Positions 48,160-57,786 are shown, counted from the stretch's first letter. The stretch: DNA of 64,000 nt from Candidatus Thorarchaeota archaeon (GCA_048882325.1 JBHLRS010000012.1:31704-95703), one strand, 5' to 3'. The notes: generated by a model not told the origin, from the letters alone. Translations and numbers: made by a program.

Positions 48160-48891
48160 TCATTCGATGGTTAACCGTTCGCCAACCTCTAAAGCCAGTA
48201 GATCTGTTGCAGGTCTGTTCTTGGCTGCAATCTCAAGTGTGTCATAACTGCTAGAAACGAAGAAGATTCCATGTTCAGGGCCGTATTCGTAAGTTCCCAC
48301 AAAAGGTAGTTCACGAACCTCTTTCCTAACCGTCAATTTGTAACTCGTTTTAGCGGCTGGTGGGATGTTAGAGATGATATTTCCAAATTTATCAATACGC
48401 ACAACCTCTCCCTCTCTACCCTCTTGATGGAAAACCAGTGCTTGATCTAGACCAGGTTTAATCTCGGTTGACATAACGCTGAGAGTTCCCACCTCATGGT
48501 AGGCCGCAGCCTTGGCAAAGATGTCCCTACCGTGGAATGTCTTCGACATCCGTTCATCTATGTGAATACGATACACCCGCTCAATGCCATCTTCAATTGC
48601 AGCAGGAAATAGAAGTCCATTGTCAGGGCCAATGAGAATATAGTTAGTGGTGACAACCACAACTGCATCTCGTGCAGTACCGACTCCAGGATCTACAACA
48701 GAAGCAAAGATCGTTCCTTTGGGAAAATACTTGTAACTTTTCAGTAGAATCCAAGCACCCTCACGGATTGACTGAGAAGGTACCGAGTGTGTGAGATCCA
48801 CGATTTGTGCTTCTGGATGAATGGAGAATATCACTCCCTTCATGACTCCAACATATTCAGAACTTCCAAAGTCAGTCAATAACACGATCAT
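48160..48891 (-). CDS. SAM hydroxide adenosyltransferase (DUF62, SAM hydrolase family)
   Basis: LLTDFG, VVDPGVGT.R, GPDNGLL, TFHGRDIF, ID.FGN. Confidence 0.92.
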   Translation of the reverse strand: MIVLLTDFGSSEYVGVMKGVIFSIHPEAQIVDLTHSVPSQSIREGAWILLKSYKYFPKGTIFASVVDPGVGTARDAVVVVTTNYILIGPDNGLLFPAAIEDGIERVYRIHIDERMSKTFHGRDIFAKAAAYHEVGTLSVMSTEIKPGLDQALVFHQEGREGEVVRIDKFGNIISNIPPAAKTSYKLTVRKEVRELPFVGTYEYGPEHGIFFVSSSYDTLEIAAKNRPATDLLALEVGERLTIE

Positions 48892-48901
48892 GTTTCACAC
48901 C

Positions 48902-50038
48902 TCATTCAATCTTGATCATCCGCAACTCATTGTAATCAGTGACCACTCTGATATACCCCCGAAGCATATTGTCAACCTCAGAATCACCTGTGTCTACTCG
49001 AAGAATCTCCTCTGAAATTCCCTTCAACTTGGTGGGAGTACTAATGACAATGATGTGCTCTCGACCGATCCGTTCTATAATCCTAGGACTAATCTGCTGA
49101 TTCCCTCGACCAAATAACATACCTTGATGACCAATAGGAGAAACGATGATCCATGCTTTTCCGAAGTCATCAACCAACTCCAGTATCTTCTCTTCATTAA
49201 CGTCATTGTGTACTTTGCCCTGTTTATACACATCTACACCAAGAGTAGTCTTCTTCACTTTCAGCAAGTCAGTGATCGTCTTCACAGTTGTTCCAGGTCC
49301 AAGGATATAGATTCCTTCTTTATCCATCTCTTCGACGACATATCTAGCGATAGCCTCTTGCGCTTCGTGTTCATCCAAGGTCTCAGGACTTGCTTGTTTG
49401 GCTCCTTGAAATCTCGCGGGAACTGATGGACCTGTAAGATAGCCATAGAGATTAATGATGAACGTATCTTTTCTGATAGATTTCTCATCTGCATCCATAA
49501 TCTCAAACTCTGCAGTCTGAGCTGTGTCCTCGTAGACCAACTTCACCACCTCTGCAGCATCAGCAGGATTCACGACAAAGATGCCGCTATACATCTTGAC
49601 CCCTGATGGGACACCAAGGATCAGGAATCCCTCCAACTCATAGGCATTTACAGCATCCAGAATGTCACGAGCTGTTCCATCTCCACCAACAAAAATGAGA
49701 AGTCGAACATCAGCCTCATAGAGGGCGAGAACACAATCCTTTGTGTCTTCAGCGTCGGTGGAGTTCTCAATGTCAATCTCCACAACTTCATGTTTGAGAC
49801 CTGCTTCCTGAGCCACATCTTCTCCCATCTTTCCTGGACATGTGATTATCCGTAAATCATCCTTAAGCCGGGATGATAGGATAACTGACTCCAACGCAGT
49901 CAGAAACTCAAGAGCACGACCGGGAGCAACTGGCGTAGCGCCTCTCTTTATAGCCTCCTCAACGACTCCGTCAGTACCCTTTAGACCGACTCGACCACCC
50001 ATGCCAGCAATTGGATTCACAAGCAGGCCGATGTTCAT
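48902..50038 (-). CDS. Archaeal ATP-NAD/AcoX kinase family protein
   Basis: NPIAGMGG.VGLKGTDG, GGDGTARD, GVKMYSG, GRGNQQ, DTGD. Confidence 0.9.
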   Translation of the reverse strand: MNIGLLVNPIAGMGGRVGLKGTDGVVEEAIKRGATPVAPGRALEFLTALESVILSSRLKDDLRIITCPGKMGEDVAQEAGLKHEVVEIDIENSTDAEDTKDCVLALYEADVRLLIFVGGDGTARDILDAVNAYELEGFLILGVPSGVKMYSGIFVVNPADAAEVVKLVYEDTAQTAEFEIMDADEKSIRKDTFIINLYGYLTGPSVPARFQGAKQASPETLDEHEAQEAIARYVVEEMDKEGIYILGPGTTVKTITDLLKVKKTTLGVDVYKQGKVHNDVNEEKILELVDDFGKAWIIVSPIGHQGMLFGRGNQQISPRIIERIGREHIIVISTPTKLKGISEEILRVDTGDSEVDNMLRGYIRVVTDYNELRMIKIE

Positions 50039-50172
50039 ATACTTGATTCAACCTCGACCTCAGAAAGACATACCTGCTCTAAAGCAGTTTTGATTGGTCA
50101 AAGTTGTGCCAATTCATAGGAAAACATATGTTACAGCGGAGTCTGTGGTAAGAATCTGTGGAGGTCAGTTGA

Positions 50173-50862
50173 TTGAGTATTATGACCGAGGAAGAATTCA
50201 AGAAGAGGTATTTTGAGATTGTGTCAAAACCACTTCCTGAAGATCCTGAGCAGTTGGACTTTCTCTATGATCGTATAGTAACGCTGATTGAATTCACCGT
50301 GAACCGGGCAGAGTACTATGAAAACATAAGGCAGGAGAATGCCTCTACATCAAATACTCTGGTTGCCATTGCTATCGCAGGATTGGGGCTCATTGTGACA
50401 ATCATAGCCAACTATGACTGGACAACTCACCCGTACACATACATCTTCGTGCCACCTCTCATTGTCCTACTCATCGGAGGAACAGTCTGCGTGTTCAAGC
50501 ACCATCTAGATTCACGATTTCAGTATCCTCACCAAAAGTATGACTGGATTGAGGAACGGTGGTACTTCAAGAAGAATATACCCGCATTTGAAAAGATGCT
50601 TGGCGACAAGATACCTGATGAAACTCAGATTCAAGAAGCGTTCCTCAGTGACCTAGAGAGGGAGTTCACCAGAAATCAAGACAATGATAAGAGAAAAGCA
50701 ATACCCCTGGACAAAGCAAACCTTGTAATCCTCTACATCGTCACTGCATACAAGAAGAAGTTTGCGAAGTTCATTTCAAAGATTCACACTTGGAGTTTCA
50801 TAGTCGCGGGCATATCCATGGCACTCTCGACATTGTTCTATATCCTGTTCGTTATGCCGTAG
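50173..50862 (+). CDS. Hypothetical 3-TM protein, architecture reminiscent of Pycsar-type TM effectors
   Basis: N-terminal helix, TM hairpin, soluble helical loop, basic KKK segment, C-terminal TM. Confidence 0.55.
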   Translation: MSIMTEEEFKKRYFEIVSKPLPEDPEQLDFLYDRIVTLIEFTVNRAEYYENIRQENASTSNTLVAIAIAGLGLIVTIIANYDWTTHPYTYIFVPPLIVLLIGGTVCVFKHHLDSRFQYPHQKYDWIEERWYFKKNIPAFEKMLGDKIPDETQIQEAFLSDLEREFTRNQDNDKRKAIPLDKANLVILYIVTAYKKKFAKFISKIHTWSFIVAGISMALSTLFYILFVMP

Positions 50863-50865
50863 GTC

Positions 50866-51447
50866 TTACTTCAACGCACCGACCTGATGTGCAGACTGAA
50901 TCCAGAAAGCAACTCGGACCAAAACTTCCTCTAGGAACTTCTCTCGGTTGTCTGGTGTCACATCCTCTGGCCAGCGGTTCCGACGGTACTCATCGAACTT
51001 CTTGAATGTTCGACCATACTTGGTTGTCAGGGGAATCTCTACACGTTTGTCACAGACGGTGTTGAGGGCTCTGATGAATGTGACAAAGTCCAAATCTAGG
51101 CGCATTATCCACTTCCTTATAGCCTTGAAGAAGGTGTCCGCTTTGGCCTCACCCCAATCGAGCTTTTTCACAGCCTCTCTATTGGCGCCATTGATCCGCT
51201 CTGAGTTGAAATTACAACCCTTATCATAGCTGCATCGAGCTCTCAGATGGATCTTGCCCTTTGAGAACCACATGAAGATGTCGTGAGTTCCCTTCTTTCT
51301 TAGGTTCTCTCGATGGTCTTGGACAGGGAAAATGAGCTCAATGGTCTTCCCCTCCTTGTACTTACCTCCGGCCTTTAGATACAGGTCTAGAGCCCATGCT
51401 AGGGGAGGAATTGCATTTACGGGGTGTGATTCGTCGGGCTTGCTCAT
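50866..51447 (-). CDS. Hypothetical soluble basic protein
   Basis: 193-aa ORF with globular composition and ggtgtga SD-like sequence upstream; no family recognised. Confidence 0.65.
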   Translation of the reverse strand: MSKPDESHPVNAIPPLAWALDLYLKAGGKYKEGKTIELIFPVQDHRENLRKKGTHDIFMWFSKGKIHLRARCSYDKGCNFNSERINGANREAVKKLDWGEAKADTFFKAIRKWIMRLDLDFVTFIRALNTVCDKRVEIPLTTKYGRTFKKFDEYRRNRWPEDVTPDNREKFLEEVLVRVAFWIQSAHQVGALK

Positions 51448-51512
51448 TGTTCTGATTCACACCTGTAACGCTCACTGATATTCGTTGGGATGCGAACATT
51501 ATGAAAATTAGA

Positions 51513-52061
51513 CTAGTAATTGTTGCCCTTCTCGCGCTGGATCACGAGGACCTCTGCGAGCTCCTGAAAGATGTCTACGATACCCTCGCCAGTCTTTGCT
51601 GATGACTCGATATATGGCATTCCATGCCTGTCAGCGAACTCGCGCCCTTCAGATGGCTCCACAACCCTGTCAGGCAGGTCTGTCTTGTTAGCAACGAGAA
51701 CCAATGGAATCTGCTTGTTGATGGCTTTGTGCAATTCATCGAGCCACTCTTCAAGCACAATGAAGGTCCTTCGCCGCGTCACGTCGTAGACAAGTAAACC
51801 TCCGCTTGACCCCCGGTAGTACATCGGTCTCAGAATCTGAAAACGACTTTGGCCTGCTACGTCCCAGATCTGAAGTTTAACAGTCACATTGCCAATGTCC
51901 CGCGCGATGTCGACGTTCTTGACGGCGAACTGGGACCCGATTGTCGTTTTATAGTCTGTACGGAAGAAACCGTGAGAAAATCTAGTGACTATAGCTGTCT
52001 TGCCTACAGCGCCCTCACCGAGGACCACTATTTTGAACAGGTAGTCGTATGAGCTGCTCAT
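51513..52061 (-). CDS. Rab-like small GTPase (eukaryotic signature protein)
   Basis: YDYLFKIVVLGEGAVGKT, TIG..F, KLQIWDVAGQ..F, YYRG, LVYDVT, NKTD, ESSAKTG. Confidence 0.95.
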   Translation of the reverse strand: MSSSYDYLFKIVVLGEGAVGKTAIVTRFSHGFFRTDYKTTIGSQFAVKNVDIARDIGNVTVKLQIWDVAGQSRFQILRPMYYRGSSGGLLVYDVTRRRTFIVLEEWLDELHKAINKQIPLVLVANKTDLPDRVVEPSEGREFADRHGMPYIESSAKTGEGIVDIFQELAEVLVIQREKGNNY

Positions 52062-52252
52062 CTGTATAGTCACCTGAACGGGTAGGCGGTGGTACGTCTA
52101 AAGCGATAGGAGTCTGATGGCACTAATAAGGTTTCGTAAGATTTAGGTCAGGGGTTTAGCCTTGTCGAATAAGAGTTCAGAGGGAGATGCAGCTACTATT
52201 ATTCTAGGATAAAACATATCAAGTTGTCATGTTGTAGGTCTAAAAGTAGTAG

Positions 52253-52654
52253 ATGGAAGGAGAATCGAGGTTGGTTGGGAGCCCGTCAGGAGTCCGAAAT
52301 GCTACAGCTCTAATGGTCCTTGAAGGAGCATTCCACATCTATCTTGGTTATTGGGTATTGCAATTCATAGGAATGCTTCCAATGATGTTTCAATTTTATG
52401 TGATCATTGGAAGTGTAATGATTGTGCTTGGGCTTCTTGTGTTTGCAGTGAGCCTAGCAGTTTGGTTGCAGAAATCTTGGGCCACAAGGGCTATTATTGG
52501 AACTGGTGTTGCTAGTTGTGCATCCCTCGTCATTTTTGGGTACTACATGATTACTATCTTCATTATACTCATCTCTTACGCTTCAATCGATTATCTTAGA
52601 CTCCTCCATGAACAGAGCGATGAATTGGGTGGTCAAGAGGGATATAATTCATGA
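52253..52654 (+). CDS. Small 4-TM hypothetical membrane protein
   Basis: P.GV start and four hydrophobic segments. Confidence 0.6.
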   Translation: MEGESRLVGSPSGVRNATALMVLEGAFHIYLGYWVLQFIGMLPMMFQFYVIIGSVMIVLGLLVFAVSLAVWLQKSWATRAIIGTGVASCASLVIFGYYMITIFIILISYASIDYLRLLHEQSDELGGQEGYNS

Positions 52655-52754
52655 GGTTATCGAGCAACTCCGTTGATGTAGGAGTCATGAATTCAATTAT
52701 AAATGCCAAATGAAACAAAATTATACCTACTGAGAGCCTAATGGTGGAATCCGC

Positions 52755-54230
52755 TTGGCGAGCAGAAACAGTTTACTTACGGTAATCTTTCTTGCCATAC
52801 TGGCGTTTAACTTTCTTCTATTAGTGGCTGGTCTACACCTACGGATGATGACTGAGAGTGCTATGGCATTCTGGCTCTCTATTCTCTGGCCGGTGCAGGC
52901 AATCCTTGACAGTTTCATAATCTTCTATTCAATGGTCAGATACACTATGTTACGGGAATATCGTGATCTGTTGCTCCTCTTCCTCTCTGTCAATCTGCTC
53001 TTGGTCGGATTCTTCTACGTCCTCACCAACGCGTCATCCATTGTCCTGTCACCTTTTGCAGACCGTGACAGGAACAGGACCATTGTAGCGTCAATAGGCT
53101 TTATCCTAGGCCCATCCATTCTGTTGGGCTCACTCAAAGGAACAACAGAAGAGCACAGAACAAGAGCAATTGCTAGTACTGTCTGGGGAGCATTTATTGT
53201 ACCCTTCATAGAAGTTGCATTCATGGTCAGCCCAGAACCTGTGTTCATCACAAAACCAATTGGCGCGGGGCCATTGTCATTATCACCACTGTCTTGGATA
53301 ATTATGTTCATCACGTTACCCTCCCTCATCGTGTCGGTCTATAAAATCGCAAAGGCATGGATAGATGAGCAGAACACCATGGACCTTGCCTTGTTTTATG
53401 CAATAATACTATGGTGTTGCGCAATCGTCGGGTTCGTGGTTCAGACGCACCCGTTGCAGGCAATGGAACTCATCTGGTACTCGTTCTTCATGGCAGGGAC
53501 CCTTCTCATAGCAATCGCAGGTGTGATGACTGCAGTCGTTGATCCTCAACGTGAACTCACATATCTTGTGGAGAGAAGGACCAAGGAACTGGAGGAGTCC
53601 AAGCAGGAGAGTGAGTATTATCTAAACCTCTGGGGACATAAGATTGGAAACCTCCTGCAGGCGATCACGATATATCTTGAGATGATGGAGGACAGGTCTG
53701 AGAGCTCCCCCGCGCTCGAACTATCACGGAAGACAGCCCTCATCAACAGACAGGTATCGACCCTTATCGAAATCAAAGAAACTATTGGTCAGGAGCTTGT
53801 TCCCGTCCCTCTTGTTCCTCACGTTCAAAGGGTTCAGACTCAAGCAGAGGACATGACGAGGTTGATGTGTACGTATGACGTCACTATTCCACCAGATGTG
53901 ACGGTCATTGCTGACCGTATGCTTGAGTTTGTGTTTCTGAATGTGATATCGTACATCTGTGAGGAAAATCCCAAGCCCCATATCAAAATTACAGCTGAAA
54001 AACATCCCACCTCAGTTATTGTAGACATCATCTCTCCAGGAACTAGAGTCCCCTCTGCTATTGTCGAGTCGTTTGTCAGCGAACTTGTACCAACGCGAAC
54101 AACGATGAGTCTGGATCTTTTCATTGTCAAGATACTGATGGAGCGCTATGATGGGCAGCTACTGTATTCATTTAATGAAGACACGCAGAGTAACAAATTC
54201 ACGCTGAGGTTCAATAGGGCTCAGTCTTGA
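52755..54230 (+). CDS. 7-8 TM sensor with HisKA/HATPase-like cytoplasmic region (degenerate histidine kinase)
   Basis: Polytopic N-half, LVERRT.EL signalling helix, H-box HKIGNLLQAI, V.AD..L..VF.N, and K..MERY.G. Confidence 0.8.
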   Translation: MASRNSLLTVIFLAILAFNFLLLVAGLHLRMMTESAMAFWLSILWPVQAILDSFIIFYSMVRYTMLREYRDLLLLFLSVNLLLVGFFYVLTNASSIVLSPFADRDRNRTIVASIGFILGPSILLGSLKGTTEEHRTRAIASTVWGAFIVPFIEVAFMVSPEPVFITKPIGAGPLSLSPLSWIIMFITLPSLIVSVYKIAKAWIDEQNTMDLALFYAIILWCCAIVGFVVQTHPLQAMELIWYSFFMAGTLLIAIAGVMTAVVDPQRELTYLVERRTKELEESKQESEYYLNLWGHKIGNLLQAITIYLEMMEDRSESSPALELSRKTALINRQVSTLIEIKETIGQELVPVPLVPHVQRVQTQAEDMTRLMCTYDVTIPPDVTVIADRMLEFVFLNVISYICEENPKPHIKITAEKHPTSVIVDIISPGTRVPSAIVESFVSELVPTRTTMSLDLFIVKILMERYDGQLLYSFNEDTQSNKFTLRFNRAQS

Positions 54231-54231
54231 A

Positions 54232-54960
54232 TCACCGCTTCTTCAGGATAACAAGATCATTCACACGAGGAATCACAACTGTCGTGTCTGGCAGTTCACG
54301 CTCAACCAAGCTCTTGAACTTCTTGTGTTGTCCATCATCCCCATGTACAGCGACTGCAAAGTTGGGTTTCATGTCCATTACCATGGCAAGAGCCACAGCT
54401 GGATGACAGGTTGGTGATGGTGCACCAGTTGGCAGGAATGCCACATCGACCTTATCCTTTCCAACAGGCCAGTACCCTGAGTCAGCAGCATGAAAAATCT
54501 TCAACTGACCAATGGAGAGCCGGACCATGGCAAGCTGACGGGGATGTACTCCTCTGTGGAGTTCAATCCGGATACCGTTCAGCTTGAACTTCACACCATC
54601 CCGAACCTTCTGGAAGACCTCAGGACCTGATAACACCTTTTCCGCAGGTATCCGCTTGCAAAGTTCTTCAACCATATTGAACTCACTAACAATGGTGGCA
54701 TCAGTCTTCTTGTGAAGTGCAACAGCATCACTGAGGTTGTAGTGATCATGATGACTATGACTGTATGTGACGAGGTCCAGAGACTGGATTTTTGCACGCA
54801 CCTTTGAGAAGAGGTCTGCTGGGTCAAGAGCGACAACACTATCTTCTGTCCGAAGTAGGATTCCAGCGTAACCTGCATAGATGAAGGCAAACTCATCGGA
54901 AGCTAGGTCTGATTCGTATAACTTGTCCACATTCTTTGCAAGACTAATAATATCTGACAA
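54232..54960 (-). CDS. Metallo-beta-lactamase-fold hydrolase
   Basis: LDP, SHSHHDH, FHAADSG, AVH. Confidence 0.88.
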   Translation of the reverse strand: MSDIISLAKNVDKLYESDLASDEFAFIYAGYAGILLRTEDSVVALDPADLFSKVRAKIQSLDLVTYSHSHHDHYNLSDAVALHKKTDATIVSEFNMVEELCKRIPAEKVLSGPEVFQKVRDGVKFKLNGIRIELHRGVHPRQLAMVRLSIGQLKIFHAADSGYWPVGKDKVDVAFLPTGAPSPTCHPAVALAMVMDMKPNFAVAVHGDDGQHKKFKSLVERELPDTTVVIPRVNDLVILKKR

Positions 54961-55031
54961 ATTGAACCTCTCCAGCAGACCAGAACTGCTGAGATGTAAT
55001 GTAATCAGGCTTTGTGTCTACGCACGAAATT

Positions 55032-55826
55032 TCAACAATTCTCAATGACCCACTCTATGAACTTCTTGAAGATACGGTTAAACTCCTTCGAATTTTCTAC
55101 CATCGGAATGTGATCTGCGCCCTTCACGACTGCGATGTCAGCCCTCGGGAACAGTTTTTCAAACTCAGCAGCTATTGCAGGTGTAATTATGTCATCGTCT
55201 GAGCCGACCATGACAAAGACAGGTAGGTCAATCTCAGGAATCCTGTCAGTGATGTTGAACGTACTACTGGCAGCAAGGTCTCGTGCCATGACGCGAGGGT
55301 TCGCTAACCTCATGTCATCATCTAGTTTCTTCAGCTGATACGATTCAGTGTAGTCCTCAAAAAGGCGTGTCTTGAAGAAGTAAATTCGGTCCTCAATGGA
55401 CTCCTTCATGAGACCAGCCCTGAGTTTCGAGAGGTCCAAGTCTGAGGAGGTGTCCACAAGCACGAGGGCTTTGGGCTTTACTACACTCTTCTTCAGATAA
55501 TACGACATGACGACCCCTCCACCCATAGAGTGGCCGATCAGAACGAAGCACTCAAGTTTTAGGTGCTGGACCAACGCCGCAACCTCTTCAGCATAATTCA
55601 GCTCGATTGAAGGATCGCTCTTGATATCCTCAGACTTGCCGTGTCCAGAAAGATCAATGGCAATAGTTCGATAATCCTTTGAGAACTCACGAAGCTGGAG
55701 AGCCCATATCTGATGAGAAGAACCTGCACCATGAACAAAAACCAGGGATGTTCCATCCTTCTTGTCATCTCGCTTGTCAACATCGACGTAGTGAATCTTT
55801 GTCCCATTGTGCTCAAAGAATGGCAT
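55032..55826 (-). CDS. Alpha/beta hydrolase
   Basis: HGAG, DLSGHGKS, GHSMGG nucleophile elbow, D, H. Confidence 0.92.
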   Translation of the reverse strand: MPFFEHNGTKIHYVDVDKRDDKKDGTSLVFVHGAGSSHQIWALQLREFSKDYRTIAIDLSGHGKSEDIKSDPSIELNYAEEVAALVQHLKLECFVLIGHSMGGGVVMSYYLKKSVVKPKALVLVDTSSDLDLSKLRAGLMKESIEDRIYFFKTRLFEDYTESYQLKKLDDDMRLANPRVMARDLAASSTFNITDRIPEIDLPVFVMVGSDDDIITPAIAAEFEKLFPRADIAVVKGADHIPMVENSKEFNRIFKKFIEWVIENC

Positions 55827-55933
55827 GATATTTCGCCAACCAGATACAGATATAGAACTTTGCTGGTCAAAGTGTAGGTTCACCAGTAGGTATCTTTTTC
55901 TCTGAAACAGTCTCGGTTAGAATAGTGATCCCC

Positions 55934-57310
55934 ATGACGGACAGGCTCTTTGGGACGACAGGTGTGAGAAAGGTCTATGGTGATGAGTTTGATCTTGAGA
56001 TGGCGATGAACCTTGGAAAGTCGCTTGGTACCTACTTGGGTGAGGGAAATGTAATAGTAGCTCGTGATGCTCGGACAACCGGTCTAATGGTGGCTGATGC
56101 CTTGACTGCTGGTATCATGTCAACAGGAGTTAATGTAGTCCGTGCAGGAATCATTCCGACACCTACACTTGCATTCATCACAATGAAGATTGGTTATGAC
56201 GCAGGTCTAATGGTCACGGCATCTCACAATCCTCCAGAATATACAGGTGTGAAGTTCTGGTCTAAAACCAGTATGGGATTCACGGGAGCAGAAGAAGCTA
56301 AACTAGAGAGGATATATGACTCAAAGGACTTCAAAGTCGCAAATTGGGATGAGCTGGGAGAAGAAACTCGGATAGAAAATACTGTTGAGGAGCATATCAA
56401 GGCACTCCTTGAGATGTGTGATGTTGATGCCATTCAATCGAAGAAGTTCAGAGTGATTGTCGACCCTGGAAATGGGGCTGCATGCGTTCACGCACCATAC
56501 TTGATGCAACGTCTGGGTTGTCAGGTCGTAACCATAAACGGACAACTGGACGGACACTTCCCAGGAAGACGTTCTGAGCCTGATGAAGAGTCCCTCGGAG
56601 ACCTCATACAGATGATAAAGGAAACTGGCGCAGATCTAGGGATTGCTCATGATGGAGACGCTGATAGAGTAGTCTTTGTAACAGAAAGAGGTGAGGTGAT
56701 TAGAGGAGATCGGACCATCGCTCTTCTAGCACAACAATCACTTGGAAAATCCAAAAATAAGACAGTAGTGACAACGGTCGACAGTTCGCTTGTTCTTGAT
56801 GAAACAGTCAAATCAGCTGGTGGAAACACAGTACGAACTCCTGTTGGAGACATTCAGGTCGCAATCAAAGTTGCTGAAGAAAAAGGGGTCATCGGCGGGG
56901 AAGCCTGTGGAGTGTTCATTTTCCCAGATGCTCATCTTGCGCCCGAACCTTTTCTTGCAGCCTGCAAGGTCCTTGAGCTGATGGCTTTGTCTGGTAAGTC
57001 ATTCGGAGAGTTGATTGCAGCAATACCTCAGTACCCACTGCTAAGGACTAAGGTTCCGTGTCCGAATGACAAGAAACAAGGTGTGATGGACTCGCTTGAG
57101 AAGACACTCCCTGTTAAGATGAGCGACGTAAAGGAGGTCTTGACTGTGGATGGTCTCGGAATCACAATGAAGAAAGGCTGGGTATTGGTCAGACCTTCAG
57201 GCACTGAACCCGTCATAAGGATAACATGTGAAGGACAGACAGAAAACGCTGTGAAGGAAATTCTGAAGACAGCAGAGGATGTAGTTAAAGCAACAATAGC
57301 CTCAGCTTGA
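55934..57310 (+). CDS. glmM: Phosphoglucosamine mutase / phosphohexomutase
   Basis: LFGT.GVR, TASHNP, DGDADR, GGE..G, RPSGTEP. Confidence 0.88.
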   Translation: MTDRLFGTTGVRKVYGDEFDLEMAMNLGKSLGTYLGEGNVIVARDARTTGLMVADALTAGIMSTGVNVVRAGIIPTPTLAFITMKIGYDAGLMVTASHNPPEYTGVKFWSKTSMGFTGAEEAKLERIYDSKDFKVANWDELGEETRIENTVEEHIKALLEMCDVDAIQSKKFRVIVDPGNGAACVHAPYLMQRLGCQVVTINGQLDGHFPGRRSEPDEESLGDLIQMIKETGADLGIAHDGDADRVVFVTERGEVIRGDRTIALLAQQSLGKSKNKTVVTTVDSSLVLDETVKSAGGNTVRTPVGDIQVAIKVAEEKGVIGGEACGVFIFPDAHLAPEPFLAACKVLELMALSGKSFGELIAAIPQYPLLRTKVPCPNDKKQGVMDSLEKTLPVKMSDVKEVLTVDGLGITMKKGWVLVRPSGTEPVIRITCEGQTENAVKEILKTAEDVVKATIASA

Positions 57311-57330
57311 CTCTATGCCCTCGTCACGAT

Positions 57331-57347
57331 GCAAACAAGCTTAATAA
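57331..57347 (+). promoter_or_regulatory. BRE/TATA-like promoter of the 132-aa coiled-coil gene
   Basis: gcaaacaagcTTAATAA about 40 bp upstream of ATG 57388. Confidence 0.5.
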
Positions 57348-57387
57348 CGGAACCACTACCTTTCAACCTGATTAAGGGGTCAATACG

Positions 57388-57786
57388 ATGCCGGATGAAA
57401 GAGAAGAACTTGAAGCTGAGATTCTCGGTGAATTTGAATGGGCTCTAAAAGACCCCAATGAGGAGAAGATTCGTCAGCTTGGTGAGGTGGTCAGCATTAT
57501 CACAACCAAGTTGACCGAGGCAATCACGAATCTTCAGATCTCGGTTATGGATATAGAAAGCAAGCTTGATGAAATAGAGGGAAGAATCACTTCACTAGCA
57601 AGTCGAGCACCAGCTGCTTCAGCAGGACCATCAGCAGCAGCCGCAGGAGGAGAACCAATACCCACTATGGCAAGAGCACCCACTCCAAAACCAAGACCTG
57701 CAGGAGCTCCAGGTGGCGGTATGAGCATGATGGGCGAGCTGAAACAACTCCTTGCGGCCCGACGTAGAAAGTCAGAAGGTACATAG
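57388..57786 (+). CDS. Coiled-coil / Ala-Pro linker / C-terminal amphipathic-basic helix protein; candidate actin-binding regulator
   Basis: Heptad pattern over aa 28-70, low-complexity aa 74-108, C-terminal GGGMSMMGELKQLLAARRRK. Confidence 0.7.
   Translation: MPDEREELEAEILGEFEWALKDPNEEKIRQLGEVVSIITTKLTEAITNLQISVMDIESKLDEIEGRITSLASRAPAASAGPSAAAAGGEPIPTMARAPTPKPRPAGAPGGGMSMMGELKQLLAARRRKSEGT

Noticed and set aside
48160-48891. Fluorinase/chlorinase
   Set aside because: It has the Asp-Arg-His elements (DPGVG..R, TFHGRD) typical of DUF62 SAM hydrolases and no halometabolite cluster.
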